Below are positions 35,523 to 45,523 of a DNA stretch of 64,000 bases, one piece after another. The notes under the pieces were generated by a model. It had not been told where the DNA came from. It did not search any database and saw only the letters and a list, made by a program, of their open reading frames with translations. This DNA comes from an uncultured Verrucomicrobiota bacterium (GTDB taxonomy: Bacteria > Verrucomicrobiota > Verrucomicrobiia > Limisphaerales > UBA9464). The stretch spans positions 2,079 through 66,078 of the forward strand of contig CAITXU010000023.1 in the NCBI GenBank assembly GCA_903896505.1, given 5' to 3'. Positions within the stretch are counted from its first letter, which is position 1. The number at the start of each line of letters is the position of its first letter. The position numbers and the translations under genes were made by a program.

Positions 35523-36521
35523 ATGATCCCGCCCGCAATGTCGAAGAACGCTCCATCAAAAAGCGGATCGCCTGATCCGCTGCTTGTCATCGTGGCCACC
35601 CTGTTGCTGCTGGCCGTCCTTGCCACCTTGTATTTTGCTGCCCAGGGTCCCTCCAAGCCCCTGGTGAGCGAACCGCCCGTTCGCCCGCGTCCCATCATTC
35701 AGGACGAAACCCGGGTGGTGGTGGTCACCAAGGAGGTCGCCGGCGGTGCGGGTGTGGAATCCGCCGCCAAGGCAGCCGAGGCCAAGCCGGTTGAGGGAAA
35801 ACCAGCCGAGGCCAAACCCTCCGAAGCAAAAGCTGCCGAAGTGGTTACTGCCGCTCCTCCCGCGGTGAAAGCCTCCGCGGACGGCAAGATTCATGGTCGG
35901 GTGGTCCTCAAGGGGACGCCTCCGCCCGAAAGGCCCATTGGTGCGGCCAAGAGCGATTCCTTTTGTGGTAAATCGTACCCGGATGCCGCCCCAACGACCC
36001 GTAACTACGTGGTGGGTGCCGATGGTGGCCTTCGCTACGCCTTCGTGCGCGTTGTCAACGCGCCCGCAGGATCCGGAACGCCAGCAGAAAGTCCGGTGAT
36101 TGACCAGCACGGCTGTATGTACGAGCCCTACGTGGTGGGGGTGATGGCCGGGCAGAAGTTCCAGGTCAAAAACTCGGATACCTTTTTGCATAACGTCAAT
36201 TCAGGTAAGCCGAAGAACAACCCCGGCTTCAACTTTAGTCAGGCAGCCGGCCAGGTGAACGAGAAGTCGTTCGATAACGGAGAAATGTGGGTCAAGATGA
36301 TCTGCAACGTGCATCCATGGATGGCCGGATACGTCTGTGTCGCCGAAAGCGCATTCTTTGCCGTCACCAATGACAAGGGAGAATTCTCCCTACCCGATGG
36401 TCTTCCAGCGGGGAAATACAAACTCCAGGTCGATCACCTCAAGGCAGGGAGTGCGACCGTTGATATCGAAGTCGGAGCGGGCAAGGGGGCGGATGTGACC
36501 TTCGAACTGGCGGTGAAGTAG
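35523..36521 (+). CDS. Membrane-anchored protein with an Ala/Lys/Pro/Glu-rich linker and a cupredoxin-like C-terminal domain
   Basis: ATG 35523 (or 35538) gives MIPPAMSKNAPSKSGSPDPLLVIVATLLLLAVLATLYFAA (TM anchor). Linker: AKAAEAKPVEGKPAEAKPSEAKAAE. C-terminal GQKFQVKNSDTFLHNV...ICNVHPWMAGYV has the H...C-x2-H-x2-M spacing of amicyanin-type type-1 copper sites, followed by AVTNDKGEFSLPDGLPAGKYKLQVDH. The ORF track start 35373 overlaps hisC and is rejected. Confidence 0.7.
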   Translation: MIPPAMSKNAPSKSGSPDPLLVIVATLLLLAVLATLYFAAQGPSKPLVSEPPVRPRPIIQDETRVVVVTKEVAGGAGVESAAKAAEAKPVEGKPAEAKPSEAKAAEVVTAAPPAVKASADGKIHGRVVLKGTPPPERPIGAAKSDSFCGKSYPDAAPTTRNYVVGADGGLRYAFVRVVNAPAGSGTPAESPVIDQHGCMYEPYVVGVMAGQKFQVKNSDTFLHNVNSGKPKNNPGFNFSQAAGQVNEKSFDNGEMWVKMICNVHPWMAGYVCVAESAFFAVTNDKGEFSLPDGLPAGKYKLQVDHLKAGSATVDIEVGAGKGADVTFELAVK

Positions 36522-36610
36522 GGTTCCCGCTGGGTGGTTGGCGAGCCCATCCTTGATGAGATTCGGCGTTTTTCTTTGGCCGGGATGCCATCCTGCCCCA
36601 ATGTCAGGGG

Positions 36611-38608
36611 ATGACGGGCCTTATCGCCATTGTAGGACGCCCCAATGTGGGCAAGTCGGCGTTGTTCAATCGAATCGCCGGTCGGCGAATTGCCATCGTC
36701 CATGACCGCCCCGGGGTAACCCGGGACCGCGTCATGGCCGAATGCGAATGGAATGGGCATCCGTTTTCGCTGGTGGACACGGGGGGTATTGGCTTGTTGC
36801 GGGGGGAACGTGCCGAGGACCGGATCACCGAGGCAGCCTATGAACAGGTTCAAATCGCCATAGAATCGGCCTCGGTCATTCTGTTGGTCGTCAACATTCA
36901 GGAGGGCATCGTCCCTTTGGACGAAGAAGTTGCCCGGCGTCTCCGCGATGCAGGGAAACCGGTCCTGGTGGTGGTGAATAAGGCGGACACCTCCGCTTCT
37001 GAGGCGGGACTGGATGAATTTTCGGCACTCGGGTTTCCCCATCTCTTTGCCGTTTCCGCCATCCATCACCGGGGCATCGACGATTTGATGGAGTCGGCTT
37101 TGTCGCATCTGCCACCCCCGCCACCAGCGGCGGAAGCTTCCGATACCGATGCGGACGAGAGCGATGAGGAATGGAGTATTGGTGAAGGCGAGGTACCACC
37201 CGGCCCCAGGAAGGAACGTGCCGCGAAACCCGTCCGGTTGGCCATCGTGGGACGTCCCAATGTCGGCAAATCGTCGATTATCAATGCCCTGACCGGTTCA
37301 CAGCGGGTCATTGTCAGCCCGATTCCCGGGACCACCCGCGACGCCGTCGATGTTCCCTTTGAAGTGGATACCGACGGGGTGCGGCAGTCGTTTGTTCTGG
37401 TGGACACCGCGGGATTGCGCAAAGCCCGGAAGGTCGAGGACACCGTCGAGTTTTTCTCCACTGAACGAACCCGGGAGGCGATCGTCAATTGTGATATCGC
37501 CGTGCTCGTTCTGGATGCGGAGAACGGAATCGTTGAACAGGACAAGAAAATCGCAGACCTGATCACCTCCCATCATCGCGCCTGCATCGTGGTGGTGAAC
37601 AAATGGGATTTGGTCGCCGAAGCCGTCCGCGAAGCCCGCGAAAAAGAGGTGGAACGCCGCAAGGATGTTCACCGGGATGATCGGGAAAAGCGACTGACGA
37701 CCCTGGCCGAGTTCGGGGAATGGGTGCAGGAAAAGCTGTTCTTTCTGGATTATGCCCCGGTCATTTTTACGTCCGCCACCGATGGTTTTCAATTGGACCG
37801 ATTGCTGGAGGCCGTTCGCTACGTGGCCACGCAGCTCAAGCAGCATATTCCGACGGCCATTTTGAACCGAACCCTTCGGGATGCCGTGGATCGACGACAA
37901 CCCGTCAGCCGCCAGGGACATCGATTGAAGTTCTTTTACGCCACGCAAACCCTGCAACAGCCTCCGACCGTACTCCTGTTTCTCAATCGCGACGATTTGC
38001 TGACACCCGCCTACGAAAAATATCTGGCGGGAGAACTGCGCGCCGCCTTCGGGTTTGAAGGGTGCCCCATCATGCTGGTCCCCAAATCACGGCCCAAAAC
38101 CATCGAGCCGGTCCGGAAATTCCGACAACCGGGGGTTGCCGCCGACGCACCGGTCGAGCGCCGCGGTGCGGCCCGCAAGGCTTGGGAGAGAAAAATGGAA
38201 CGGATTCAACGCCCGGCCAAGCGTCCGACTCCGAGCCCGGGAAAAACGATTGCTCCGGCAGGAGATATCACGCCGGGACTGGGCGGAAAAACACCGATGA
38301 AGGCGATTCAAGACCCACCTCGGGGTCCCGGACTCCCGACACGGGAGAAATCATCGGGAGGGGCAGCTGCAGAGTCCCGTTCAGGACGCCCGACGTCCCG
38401 GCGTACCGAACGTTCGAAGGAAAAATCGAAAACCAGTCCTCCATCTCCTCGGGGTGGGCGAACCAAAGCAGCACCGGGACGGCCCAAAGCGGGCGGAGGT
38501 TCAGCCGCCCGGACGAAGGAAGGCCTCGAACGGCAGGCGCGGGACGAAGGGGCCGCCAAGCCCATTTACCGGCGGAAACCGTCCCCGCCGCGGCTCAAAG
38601 CCCGCTGA
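36611..38608 (+). CDS. der: Ribosome-biogenesis GTPase Der (EngA) with an acidic inter-domain insert and a ~180-aa basic C-terminal extension
   Basis: GD1: IAIVGRPNVGKSALFNRI, DTGG, NKAD. GD2: LAIVGRPNVGKSSIINAL, DTAGLR, NKWD. KH-like region: LKFFYATQTLQQPPTVLLFLN. It then continues with a Pro/Lys/Arg-rich tail to 665 aa. Confidence 0.9.
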   Translation: MTGLIAIVGRPNVGKSALFNRIAGRRIAIVHDRPGVTRDRVMAECEWNGHPFSLVDTGGIGLLRGERAEDRITEAAYEQVQIAIESASVILLVVNIQEGIVPLDEEVARRLRDAGKPVLVVVNKADTSASEAGLDEFSALGFPHLFAVSAIHHRGIDDLMESALSHLPPPPPAAEASDTDADESDEEWSIGEGEVPPGPRKERAAKPVRLAIVGRPNVGKSSIINALTGSQRVIVSPIPGTTRDAVDVPFEVDTDGVRQSFVLVDTAGLRKARKVEDTVEFFSTERTREAIVNCDIAVLVLDAENGIVEQDKKIADLITSHHRACIVVVNKWDLVAEAVREAREKEVERRKDVHRDDREKRLTTLAEFGEWVQEKLFFLDYAPVIFTSATDGFQLDRLLEAVRYVATQLKQHIPTAILNRTLRDAVDRRQPVSRQGHRLKFFYATQTLQQPPTVLLFLNRDDLLTPAYEKYLAGELRAAFGFEGCPIMLVPKSRPKTIEPVRKFRQPGVAADAPVERRGAARKAWERKMERIQRPAKRPTPSPGKTIAPAGDITPGLGGKTPMKAIQDPPRGPGLPTREKSSGGAAAESRSGRPTSRRTERSKEKSKTSPPSPRGGRTKAAPGRPKAGGGSAARTKEGLERQARDEGAAKPIYRRKPSPPRLKAR

Positions 38609-38610
38609 AA

Positions 38611-39084
38611 TTACTTTGCTTGTGGTGTCTGCGCCGAGGCTGCCTCAAAGGCCGCTCGAAGCCGTTCGACACGTTTTCGATTGGCACCCAGGTCTGAATG
38701 TCCGACGCGCGAGGCCGATCGGACTTGGAGGACTTTGTTCCCGTCGTCGACCAGGATTTCGACGTCATCTTTAAACCGGAAGATGAGGGAGGTGAACACC
38801 GCGTGCAGATATCCTGGATTTTCCGTCACGATCCGGGTTCGCGGTTCGGCAAGAATGACCTGTTTCATCCGCTCCGCGGCGGCGGTTGAGTCGCCGGTAA
38901 AGCGAATGGGATCGATTTGATGGTCGGTATCGGTCGTTTGGCTGCACACGCAATTGGGAGAATCGGGGCACGGGAGCAGGCGGCCATTGTTCAGACTGAT
39001 GGCGGGAGGGGTTTTCATTTGGCATCCAATCAGTGTGGCAAGGCCGATAGCCAAAAGAATGCCTATCGGCAGACGGCGTTTCAT
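38611..39084 (-). CDS. DUF1499-family lipoprotein
   Basis: Lipobox MKRRLPIGILLAIGLATLIGC. CPDSPNCVCSQ...YLHAVFTSLIFRFKDDVEILV...RSASRVGHSDLGANRKRVERLR matches my memory of DUF1499. Convergent with der, only 2 nt between the stops. Confidence 0.75.
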   Translation of the reverse strand: MKRRLPIGILLAIGLATLIGCQMKTPPAISLNNGRLLPCPDSPNCVCSQTTDTDHQIDPIRFTGDSTAAAERMKQVILAEPRTRIVTENPGYLHAVFTSLIFRFKDDVEILVDDGNKVLQVRSASRVGHSDLGANRKRVERLRAAFEAASAQTPQAK

Positions 39085-39387
39085 GGACTGATTCTAACCC
39101 TTCTGGCCCTGAACGCGAACAGTCGCTTGCATTCAACGTTTGCGTCTGTAAACTTTGAGAGTAATCCCGGTTCGGCTCATCGTTTCGCTCCCGGCGGGGC
39201 AGGTTCATAGGTCCTGCACGGGGTATCGCCGGGCTTGAAAGGTTGGATTGGAACCGGGATTCCGTATTTTGATGGGATTCGTCGGGGTCGACGTTTGACT
39301 TTCGGTGATAGCCTTCGTTAACTGGCCGCTCCTTATTCCCCCGGGCGAAAGTCTCGTGGTGGGGGCGCGGGAATCGAAAGGGCAGTT

Positions 39388-41103
39388 GTGGCAGCCAAAG
39401 ACGATTATTTAATCGACACGATGTTGGACATGGGGTTGTTGTCCCATGACCAGGTGGATGAAGCGCGGGCAGAGGCCGAGGCGTCCGGGGAGGGCGTTCT
39501 CGACACCATGGTCACGGCTGGGCGGCTCGAATCAACTCTGGTGGTGGCGGCCAAGGCGGCTTATTTCGGGGTTGAAGCGGTGAATCTGAACGATCACCGC
39601 CTTTCCGATGAAGTCATTGGACTCATTCCGCGGCATGTGGCCAAGAAGTTCAACGCGGTGCCAGTGGGCCAGAGTGAGGTCGGGTCCGTGATCGTGGCCA
39701 TCGCCGATCCGTCCGACATCGACACCGTTGACGGACTACGCCATGCGCTCAACCGGGATGTTGAATTGCGGGTGACCAGCCTTTCGGACCTGGATGGGGC
39801 CATCGGTAAATATTACGGTGGGTCCAATCGGGACGACGGCGGGATCAGCAAGATGATTCAGGACATCACCGAAGGAGAGGTCGCGGTGGCCACTCTGAAG
39901 GGGGATGTTTCGACCAACAGCGATTCCATCGACGCCGATGCTCCGATCATCAAGCTGGTGAACCAGGTGATCGTGGACGCTTTCAAGAAGCGGTCCTCAG
40001 ATATCCATCTCGAACCGCTTTCCAAACGGTTTCGGCTCCGTTTCCGTATTGATGGTGTCTGCGTGGAGCAACCCGACCTTCCCAAGCGGTTGCAAGCACC
40101 CATTGTGGCCCGCCTGAAGATCATGTCGGCGATGAGCATCGCCGAGCGACGGATTCCCCAGGACGGCCGTATCCAGACCAATGTGGGCGGCAAGACCATC
40201 GACCTTCGTGTCAATTGTCTGCCGACACAGCACGGCGAGGCCATCGTCATGCGTATTTTGGACAAGACCGGACTGCGCCTGGGCCTCGGTGAACTGGGAT
40301 TTTTTGCCGATGACCAGGCCACCTTTGAACGGATCATCGGATTGCCGGACGGAATCCTTCTGGTGACTGGTCCCACGGGTTCTGGAAAAACCACCACGCT
40401 GTACTCCTGTCTCAACTACATCAATCGTCCTGATCGAAAGATCATCACGGTGGAAGACCCGGTGGAGTACATGCTGGCGGGCATCAACCAGGTGCAGGTG
40501 CATGAACACATCGGCTTCACGTTCGCCCTGGCTTTGAGGTCGATGCTCCGTCAGGCACCCAACGTCATCATGCTGGGGGAAATTCGTGACATGGAAACGG
40601 CCAGCATCGTGATCAATGCCTCACTGACGGGTCACTTGGTATTCAGTACACTGCACACCAACGATGCGCCCGGAGCCGTGACCCGTCTGATTGACATCGG
40701 GGTGAAGCCGTTCTTGGTGGCCTCGTCGGCCCGGTGTCTGATGGCGCAACGTCTGGTCCGGAAAATCTGCAAGAACTGCGTTCAGCCGCATGTGTTGAAC
40801 GATGCGGAATGCCGGTCCTTGAATTTTACACCTGAAATGGTGGCCCAGGCCACTCCCAAGAAGGGACGCGGTTGCGCCGAATGCAACAAGACGGGACACC
40901 GCGGCCGATTCGGCATTTTCGAAATTTTCGTCATCAACGACGAGGTTCGGAAGCTGATCTACGAAAAGGTTCCGGCGAATCAGTTGCGGCTCAAATCGCG
41001 TGAGTTGGGCATGCGCACGTTGCGCGAAGACGGAGCAAGGAAGGTGCTGGCGGGATTGACGACCGTGGATGAAGTCATCAAAGCGACCGTTACGGACCAT
41101 TAA
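39388..41103 (+). CDS. pilB: GspE/PilB-family secretion/pilus-assembly ATPase (paralogue 1) with a T2SSE_N/MshEN-type N-domain
   Basis: GTG start per the ORF track. N-domain: LLSHDQVDEARAEAEASGEGVLDTMV...VNLNDHRLSDEVIGLIPRHVAKKFNAVPV. Walker [14 protein letters not shown], Asp box ITVEDPVEY, Walker B/His box MLGEIRD...LVFSTLHTNDA. Tetra-Cys: CKNC...CAECNKTGHRGRFGIFE. Confidence 0.85.
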   Translation: MAAKDDYLIDTMLDMGLLSHDQVDEARAEAEASGEGVLDTMVTAGRLESTLVVAAKAAYFGVEAVNLNDHRLSDEVIGLIPRHVAKKFNAVPVGQSEVGSVIVAIADPSDIDTVDGLRHALNRDVELRVTSLSDLDGAIGKYYGGSNRDDGGISKMIQDITEGEVAVATLKGDVSTNSDSIDADAPIIKLVNQVIVDAFKKRSSDIHLEPLSKRFRLRFRIDGVCVEQPDLPKRLQAPIVARLKIMSAMSIAERRIPQDGRIQTNVGGKTIDLRVNCLPTQHGEAIVMRILDKTGLRLGLGELGFFADDQATFERIIGLPDGILLVTGPTGSGKTTTLYSCLNYINRPDRKIITVEDPVEYMLAGINQVQVHEHIGFTFALALRSMLRQAPNVIMLGEIRDMETASIVINASLTGHLVFSTLHTNDAPGAVTRLIDIGVKPFLVASSARCLMAQRLVRKICKNCVQPHVLNDAECRSLNFTPEMVAQATPKKGRGCAECNKTGHRGRFGIFEIFVINDEVRKLIYEKVPANQLRLKSRELGMRTLREDGARKVLAGLTTVDEVIKATVTDH

Positions 41104-41175
41104 AACCGTTCTGGCAATGTTTCTGCTCCCCAATTCAACGATCCAGCGGTAAACACGAGCTTCCTACTTTTTGTC

Positions 41176-42276
41176 ATGTCGTACCAAATGTCCGATTTGC
41201 TGCAGTTGATGGTCTCCGAAGGGGCTGCCGACCTGCACATCCGCGTCAATATTCCGCCCGTGATTCGCCTCCACGGCGTTCTCCATCGCGTGGATGGCCC
41301 TCCGCTGAAGCCGGAGGATACCGAGGAATTAATGCGTTCGATCACTTCCGAAGACCATATTCAGCAAATCCGCGAGAAGGGCGGTGCCGACTTTGGCTTT
41401 GCCTTCGGCGAAATGGCACGCTTTCGGGTCAGTGCCTTCAAGGAAAAGGGAAATTTTGCACTCGTTTTACGTCAGATTCCCAGCAAGTTGCTGACCTTCG
41501 AGCAGATCGGTCTCCCGCCCGCGGTCAAGGAACTGCTGTGGAAACCACGCGGACTCATTCTGGTGACCGGGCCGACAGGGTCCGGTAAGACCACCACGCT
41601 GGCCTCGATGATCAATATCATCAACGAGGAGCGTGATGAGGCTCACATCATCACCATTGAGGACCCCATCGAGTATTACCATAAGCACAAGAAGGCGGTC
41701 GTGACCCAGCGGGAGGTCAATGTCGATGTGCCCAACTTTGCGGAGGCCCTGCGCCGGGCCTTGCGTCAGGACCCGGACGTCATCCTGGTCGGTGAATTGC
41801 GGGACTTGGAGACGATGGAAGCCGCTATCGCCGCCGCTGAAACGGGTCACTTGGTCTTCGGGACCCTGCACACCACTGGGGCGGCCAAGACCATCGACCG
41901 TATCGTCAATGCGTTCCCCACCAACCAGCAGGAACAGATTCGAATTCAGTTGTCAACGGTGCTGCAGGCAGTGATCTCGCAGCTACTCCTGCCTCGATGC
42001 GACAAACCAGGACGCGTGGCCATTTTCGAAATCATGGTCAACACGCCTTCCATCGCGGCGCTCATCCGCGACAACAAGACCTTCCGGATTCAGTCGGATA
42101 TTCAGACCGGTGCCAAATTCGGAATGTTTACCCTCGACAGCTTCCTGGTCGAAAAATGGCAGGCCGGATTAATCTCGGAGGAAGAGGTTGTGACGAAATC
42201 GCAGGATCCCACCACGATCACGCTGAAAGTTCAGGAAATCAAAGCGGCACAAGCCGAGGCCAACCCCGGTAACTAG
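41176..42276 (+). CDS. pilT: Twitching-motility (retraction) ATPase PilT
   Basis: [91 protein letters not shown]. Length of 366 aa is typical. Confidence 0.9.
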   Translation: MSYQMSDLLQLMVSEGAADLHIRVNIPPVIRLHGVLHRVDGPPLKPEDTEELMRSITSEDHIQQIREKGGADFGFAFGEMARFRVSAFKEKGNFALVLRQIPSKLLTFEQIGLPPAVKELLWKPRGLILVTGPTGSGKTTTLASMINIINEERDEAHIITIEDPIEYYHKHKKAVVTQREVNVDVPNFAEALRRALRQDPDVILVGELRDLETMEAAIAAAETGHLVFGTLHTTGAAKTIDRIVNAFPTNQQEQIRIQLSTVLQAVISQLLLPRCDKPGRVAIFEIMVNTPSIAALIRDNKTFRIQSDIQTGAKFGMFTLDSFLVEKWQAGLISEEEVVTKSQDPTTITLKVQEIKAAQAEANPGN

Positions 42277-42286
42277 GATAAATCCC

Positions 42287-43981
42287 ATGTCTGAAGCTGT
42301 TACAGACCCCCTGCTGACCCTGCTCCGTGAGCGCGGCATGATCGACGACCTGCAGGTCGATGAAGTCATGCAGGAGCACGTCCGAAGTGGGAAACCGGTT
42401 CTCACTGTCATCCAGGACTACGGTTTGTTGGACCTGGACTCCCTGCTTCAGGTGATGGCCGATCATTTGGGAACCATGGTGGTGGAGGTGGACGAAGCCG
42501 CGATCACCCCCGAGGTGGTGGCCCGGGTTCCCGTGGAAAGCGCCCGCATGTATCAGTGTGTTCCAGTGGCGCTGTTTGGCGAAACGGTTCAGGTGGCGCT
42601 CATCGATCCGCTCAATCCTCAATTGATCGACGAACTGTCTTTCACAGTCAAAGGGGAGATGCAGTTGGTGGTGGCGGACCCGGCAGCCATTACCAAGGCG
42701 ATTGAAAAGTTTTATCCAGCCAAGGGCTCCAGCGGATATGCTGACCTTCTGGCCCAATTTGGGGCGGAAGTCCATGCCCAACAGGAGGAATCCGGCCCAA
42801 CCGGAGTCGCCCTGGACGATTCCAGCGATATTCCGGTGGTCAAGTTCGTCAATCTGGTCCTGATGCAGGCGGTTCAGGACCGGGCCAGCGACATCCATTT
42901 TGAACCGTTCGAAGACGAGTTCAAGATTCGGTACCGCGTCGACGGCGCTCTCTACGAGATGTCCCCGCCACCCAAGAGCCTGGCCAGTCCGGTGACTTCC
43001 CGTCTCAAGGTCATGGCCAACTTGAACATTTCAGAAAAGCGCATGCCACAGGACGGGCGCATTTCGGTGAACATAGCGGGCAAGCAGATCGATTTGCGTA
43101 TGTCGACGCTCCCCACCGCCTTCGGTGAGTCGGTGGTGTTGCGGGTGCTCGATCGATCTGCGGTAAATCTGGAACTGGAGTCGTTGGGACTGCCGAAGTT
43201 TGCCTACGACTACACGATCGAGACGATCAACCAGCCCAACGGCATTTTTGCGGTGACGGGGCCGACCGGTTCTGGCAAGACCACCACGCTCTATTCCTGT
43301 CTGCGCCGGATCAACACCATCGACACCAAGCTGCTGACCGTCGAAGACCCCGTCGAATTTGACATCGAAGGGATTATGCAGGTGCAGGTCAATGAGGCCG
43401 GTGGCTTGACCTTCGGTAAGGCACTGCGCGCCTTCCTTCGTCAGGACCCGGATATCATCATGATCGGTGAAATGCGCGATTTGGAAACGGCGCAAATCGG
43501 TATTCAGGCATCGCTGACCGGGCATTTGGTGCTTTCGACCCTTCACACCAACGACTCCGCTGGAGCCGTCACACGTCTTGTGGACATGGGGGTTGAGCCC
43601 TTTTTGATTTCCTCAACCCTGCTGGCGGTGATGGCTCAGCGGTTGGTCCGGAAAGTGTGTGTCAAGTGCCGGACTCCCTTCGAGCCATCCGAGAATCAGC
43701 TCAGCCAGATGAATCTTTCGCCGCATGACATCGGCGACAAGATGTTCTACTACGGTCGGGGCTGTTCCACCTGCAATGATACCGGATACCGCGGACGCAA
43801 AGGCATCTACGAATTGCTGGTGGTGACCGACGCGGTCCGAAATCTGATCAATGAGCGTGCGCCGACCGTGGTCGTCCGGCAGCGGGCGATTGAGCTGGGC
43901 ATGGTGACCCTCCGGGAAGACGGCTTGCGCAACATTTACGCCGGTGAAACCAGCGTCGAGGAAGTCTTGAAGTACACCTAA
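42287..43981 (+). CDS. GspE/PilB-family ATPase (paralogue 2)
   Basis: N-domain: [31 protein letters not shown]...[70 protein letters not shown]. Tetra-Cys: CVKC...[17 protein letters not shown]. Confidence 0.85.
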   Translation: MSEAVTDPLLTLLRERGMIDDLQVDEVMQEHVRSGKPVLTVIQDYGLLDLDSLLQVMADHLGTMVVEVDEAAITPEVVARVPVESARMYQCVPVALFGETVQVALIDPLNPQLIDELSFTVKGEMQLVVADPAAITKAIEKFYPAKGSSGYADLLAQFGAEVHAQQEESGPTGVALDDSSDIPVVKFVNLVLMQAVQDRASDIHFEPFEDEFKIRYRVDGALYEMSPPPKSLASPVTSRLKVMANLNISEKRMPQDGRISVNIAGKQIDLRMSTLPTAFGESVVLRVLDRSAVNLELESLGLPKFAYDYTIETINQPNGIFAVTGPTGSGKTTTLYSCLRRINTIDTKLLTVEDPVEFDIEGIMQVQVNEAGGLTFGKALRAFLRQDPDIIMIGEMRDLETAQIGIQASLTGHLVLSTLHTNDSAGAVTRLVDMGVEPFLISSTLLAVMAQRLVRKVCVKCRTPFEPSENQLSQMNLSPHDIGDKMFYYGRGCSTCNDTGYRGRKGIYELLVVTDAVRNLINERAPTVVVRQRAIELGMVTLREDGLRNIYAGETSVEEVLKYT

Positions 43982-44000
43982 TTCGGCGGAAAGGACCAGT

Positions 44001-45353
44001 ATGGCAAAATTCAACTACGTGGCGATGGACTCCCGTGGTAAGGAGACCAAGGGTATTCTCGAGGTCGGCACCCAGGCGGAGGCGATCAACCGCCTCAAGG
44101 AAATGGGGATGTTTCCCACCAAGGTGATGGAGGCGGAAAAGCCGAAGGACAAGAAAGCCACCAAAGGAGGAGGGGGCGGTGGTGGAGGCGGGGCAGGTGC
44201 CAAGAAGAAGGGCGGTGGCATGAATATCCGCATCCCCGGGATGGGAAGCGGCGTCAAGACCAAGACCCTGACCACATTCACCCGCCAGTTGGCCACTCTT
44301 GTCGACGCGGGACTTCCCTTGATGCGCGGTTTGCGGGTGTTGTCCAAACAGGAGCGCAATCCCACGTTGAAACGAGTGGTGGAAGATTTGGCGGTATCGA
44401 TCGAAGGCGGCAGTACCTTTTCCGAGGCTCTTGCCCAGCACCCCAAGGTCTTCAACAAGCTGTTTATCAACATGGTTCGCGCCGGCGAGTTGGGCGGCGT
44501 GTTGGAAGTGGTGCTCAACCGTCTTTCCGAATTCATGGAAAAGGCGGAGAAGATCAAGGGCAAGGTGGTTGCCGCCATGTTCTACCCCGTGGCAGTCATG
44601 GTGGTTGCCGGCGGCATCCTGGTTTTGTTGATGGTGGTGGTGGTTCCCAAATTCAAACAGATTTTCGCCGACATGTTGGGCAGCGATGGTCTTCCTGGCT
44701 TTACCGAGTTCGTCCTCAAGATCAGCGATACCATCAAAACCCAGACGGTTATTTTGTACGACGGTCCGCCCTATATCCTGCCCGGACCCGTGGTGGTCGG
44801 CTTGATTGTCTTCTTGATTATCTTCCGTTTGGCCGTTCGAACCAAAAAGGGACGATGGCTTTGGGATAAGATCAAGCTCCACCTTCCCGCCATTGGGCCA
44901 GTCATTAGCAAGGTGGCCATCGCCCGCTTCTGCCGAACCCTCGGCACGCTGGTCAGTTCCGGCGTCCCAATTCTGCAGGCGCTCAACATCGTTAAGGAAA
45001 CCGCCGGCAATATCATCGTGGCGAATGCCGTGCAGGAGGTGCATGAGTCAGTGAAGGAAGGCGAGACCATTACGGCTCCTCTGGAGAAATCCGGAGTGTT
45101 CCCGCCCATGGTGATTAGCATGGTCGACGTCGGTGAACAAACCGGTGCGCTTCCGGAAATGTTGCTGAAAATCGCAGACAACTATGACGACGAAGTCGAC
45201 AACGCCGTCGCGGCCATGACCTCGCTTTTGGAGCCGATCATGATTGTCTTTCTGGCCGTGATCGTCGGCAGCATCGTCATCGCCCTCTTTTTGCCCTTGA
45301 TCACCCTGATTGACAAGCTGGGCGGCAACGATGAAGGCGGCGGCGACAAGTAA
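44001..45353 (+). CDS. pilC: PilC/GspF-family inner-membrane platform protein with an N-terminal poly-Gly/Lys insert
   Basis: MAKFNYVAMDSRGKETKGILEVGTQAEAINRLKEMGMFPTKV. Two T2SSF repeats: FTRQLATLVDAGLPLMRGLRVL...GGSTFSEAL, and FCRTLGTLVSSGVPILQALNIV...GETITAPL...FPPMVISMVDVGEQTGALPEML. Confidence 0.9.
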   Translation: MAKFNYVAMDSRGKETKGILEVGTQAEAINRLKEMGMFPTKVMEAEKPKDKKATKGGGGGGGGGAGAKKKGGGMNIRIPGMGSGVKTKTLTTFTRQLATLVDAGLPLMRGLRVLSKQERNPTLKRVVEDLAVSIEGGSTFSEALAQHPKVFNKLFINMVRAGELGGVLEVVLNRLSEFMEKAEKIKGKVVAAMFYPVAVMVVAGGILVLLMVVVVPKFKQIFADMLGSDGLPGFTEFVLKISDTIKTQTVILYDGPPYILPGPVVVGLIVFLIIFRLAVRTKKGRWLWDKIKLHLPAIGPVISKVAIARFCRTLGTLVSSGVPILQALNIVKETAGNIIVANAVQEVHESVKEGETITAPLEKSGVFPPMVISMVDVGEQTGALPEMLLKIADNYDDEVDNAVAAMTSLLEPIMIVFLAVIVGSIVIALFLPLITLIDKLGGNDEGGGDK

Positions 45354-45447
45354 TGACGCCCTTGGATGGAGGATGTCGTCACGGTGGAGGAGCGGCCCGG
45401 GTCAATGCCCTTGCCGCTCCGTTTCTGCACCGTCCGAAAACCTCCCC

Positions 45448-45476
45448 TTGACAGTCTTCTGCCCTATGTGTAAATA
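45448..45476 (+). promoter_or_regulatory. Candidate sigma-70-like promoter for the TA pair, followed by a 10-bp perfect palindrome
   Basis: TTGACA (45448-45453), 17-nt spacer, TAAATA (45471-45476). Direct repeat tacaatg x2 at 45475-45481 and 45486-45492, and the perfect palindrome caatgcattg at 45488-45497, about 25 nt upstream of the brnT-like start. Confidence 0.35.
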
Positions 45477-45523
45477 CAATGTAGTTACAATGCATTGGCA
45501 AATATCCAACCCTTAGCTCCCGA

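Noticed and set aside
38062-38697. 211-aa plus-strand ORF overlapping the der tail in another frame
   Set aside because: It is an alternative frame of the same GC-rich region and would need a frameshift to matter. The der frame is continuous from the GTPase domains. It is noted only as a reason to verify the sequence quality of the der extension.
39294-39322. Possible sigma-70 promoter TTGACT-17-TTAACT upstream of pilB
   Set aside because: The -10 element matches consensus at only 3 of 6 positions, and promoter consensus in this phylum is uncertain. This is too weak to annotate.
43848-45044. 398-aa minus-strand ORF
   Set aside because: Antisense to pilC, which has a clear T2SSF duplication. 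Its translation is His/Gly/Asp-rich low complexity.
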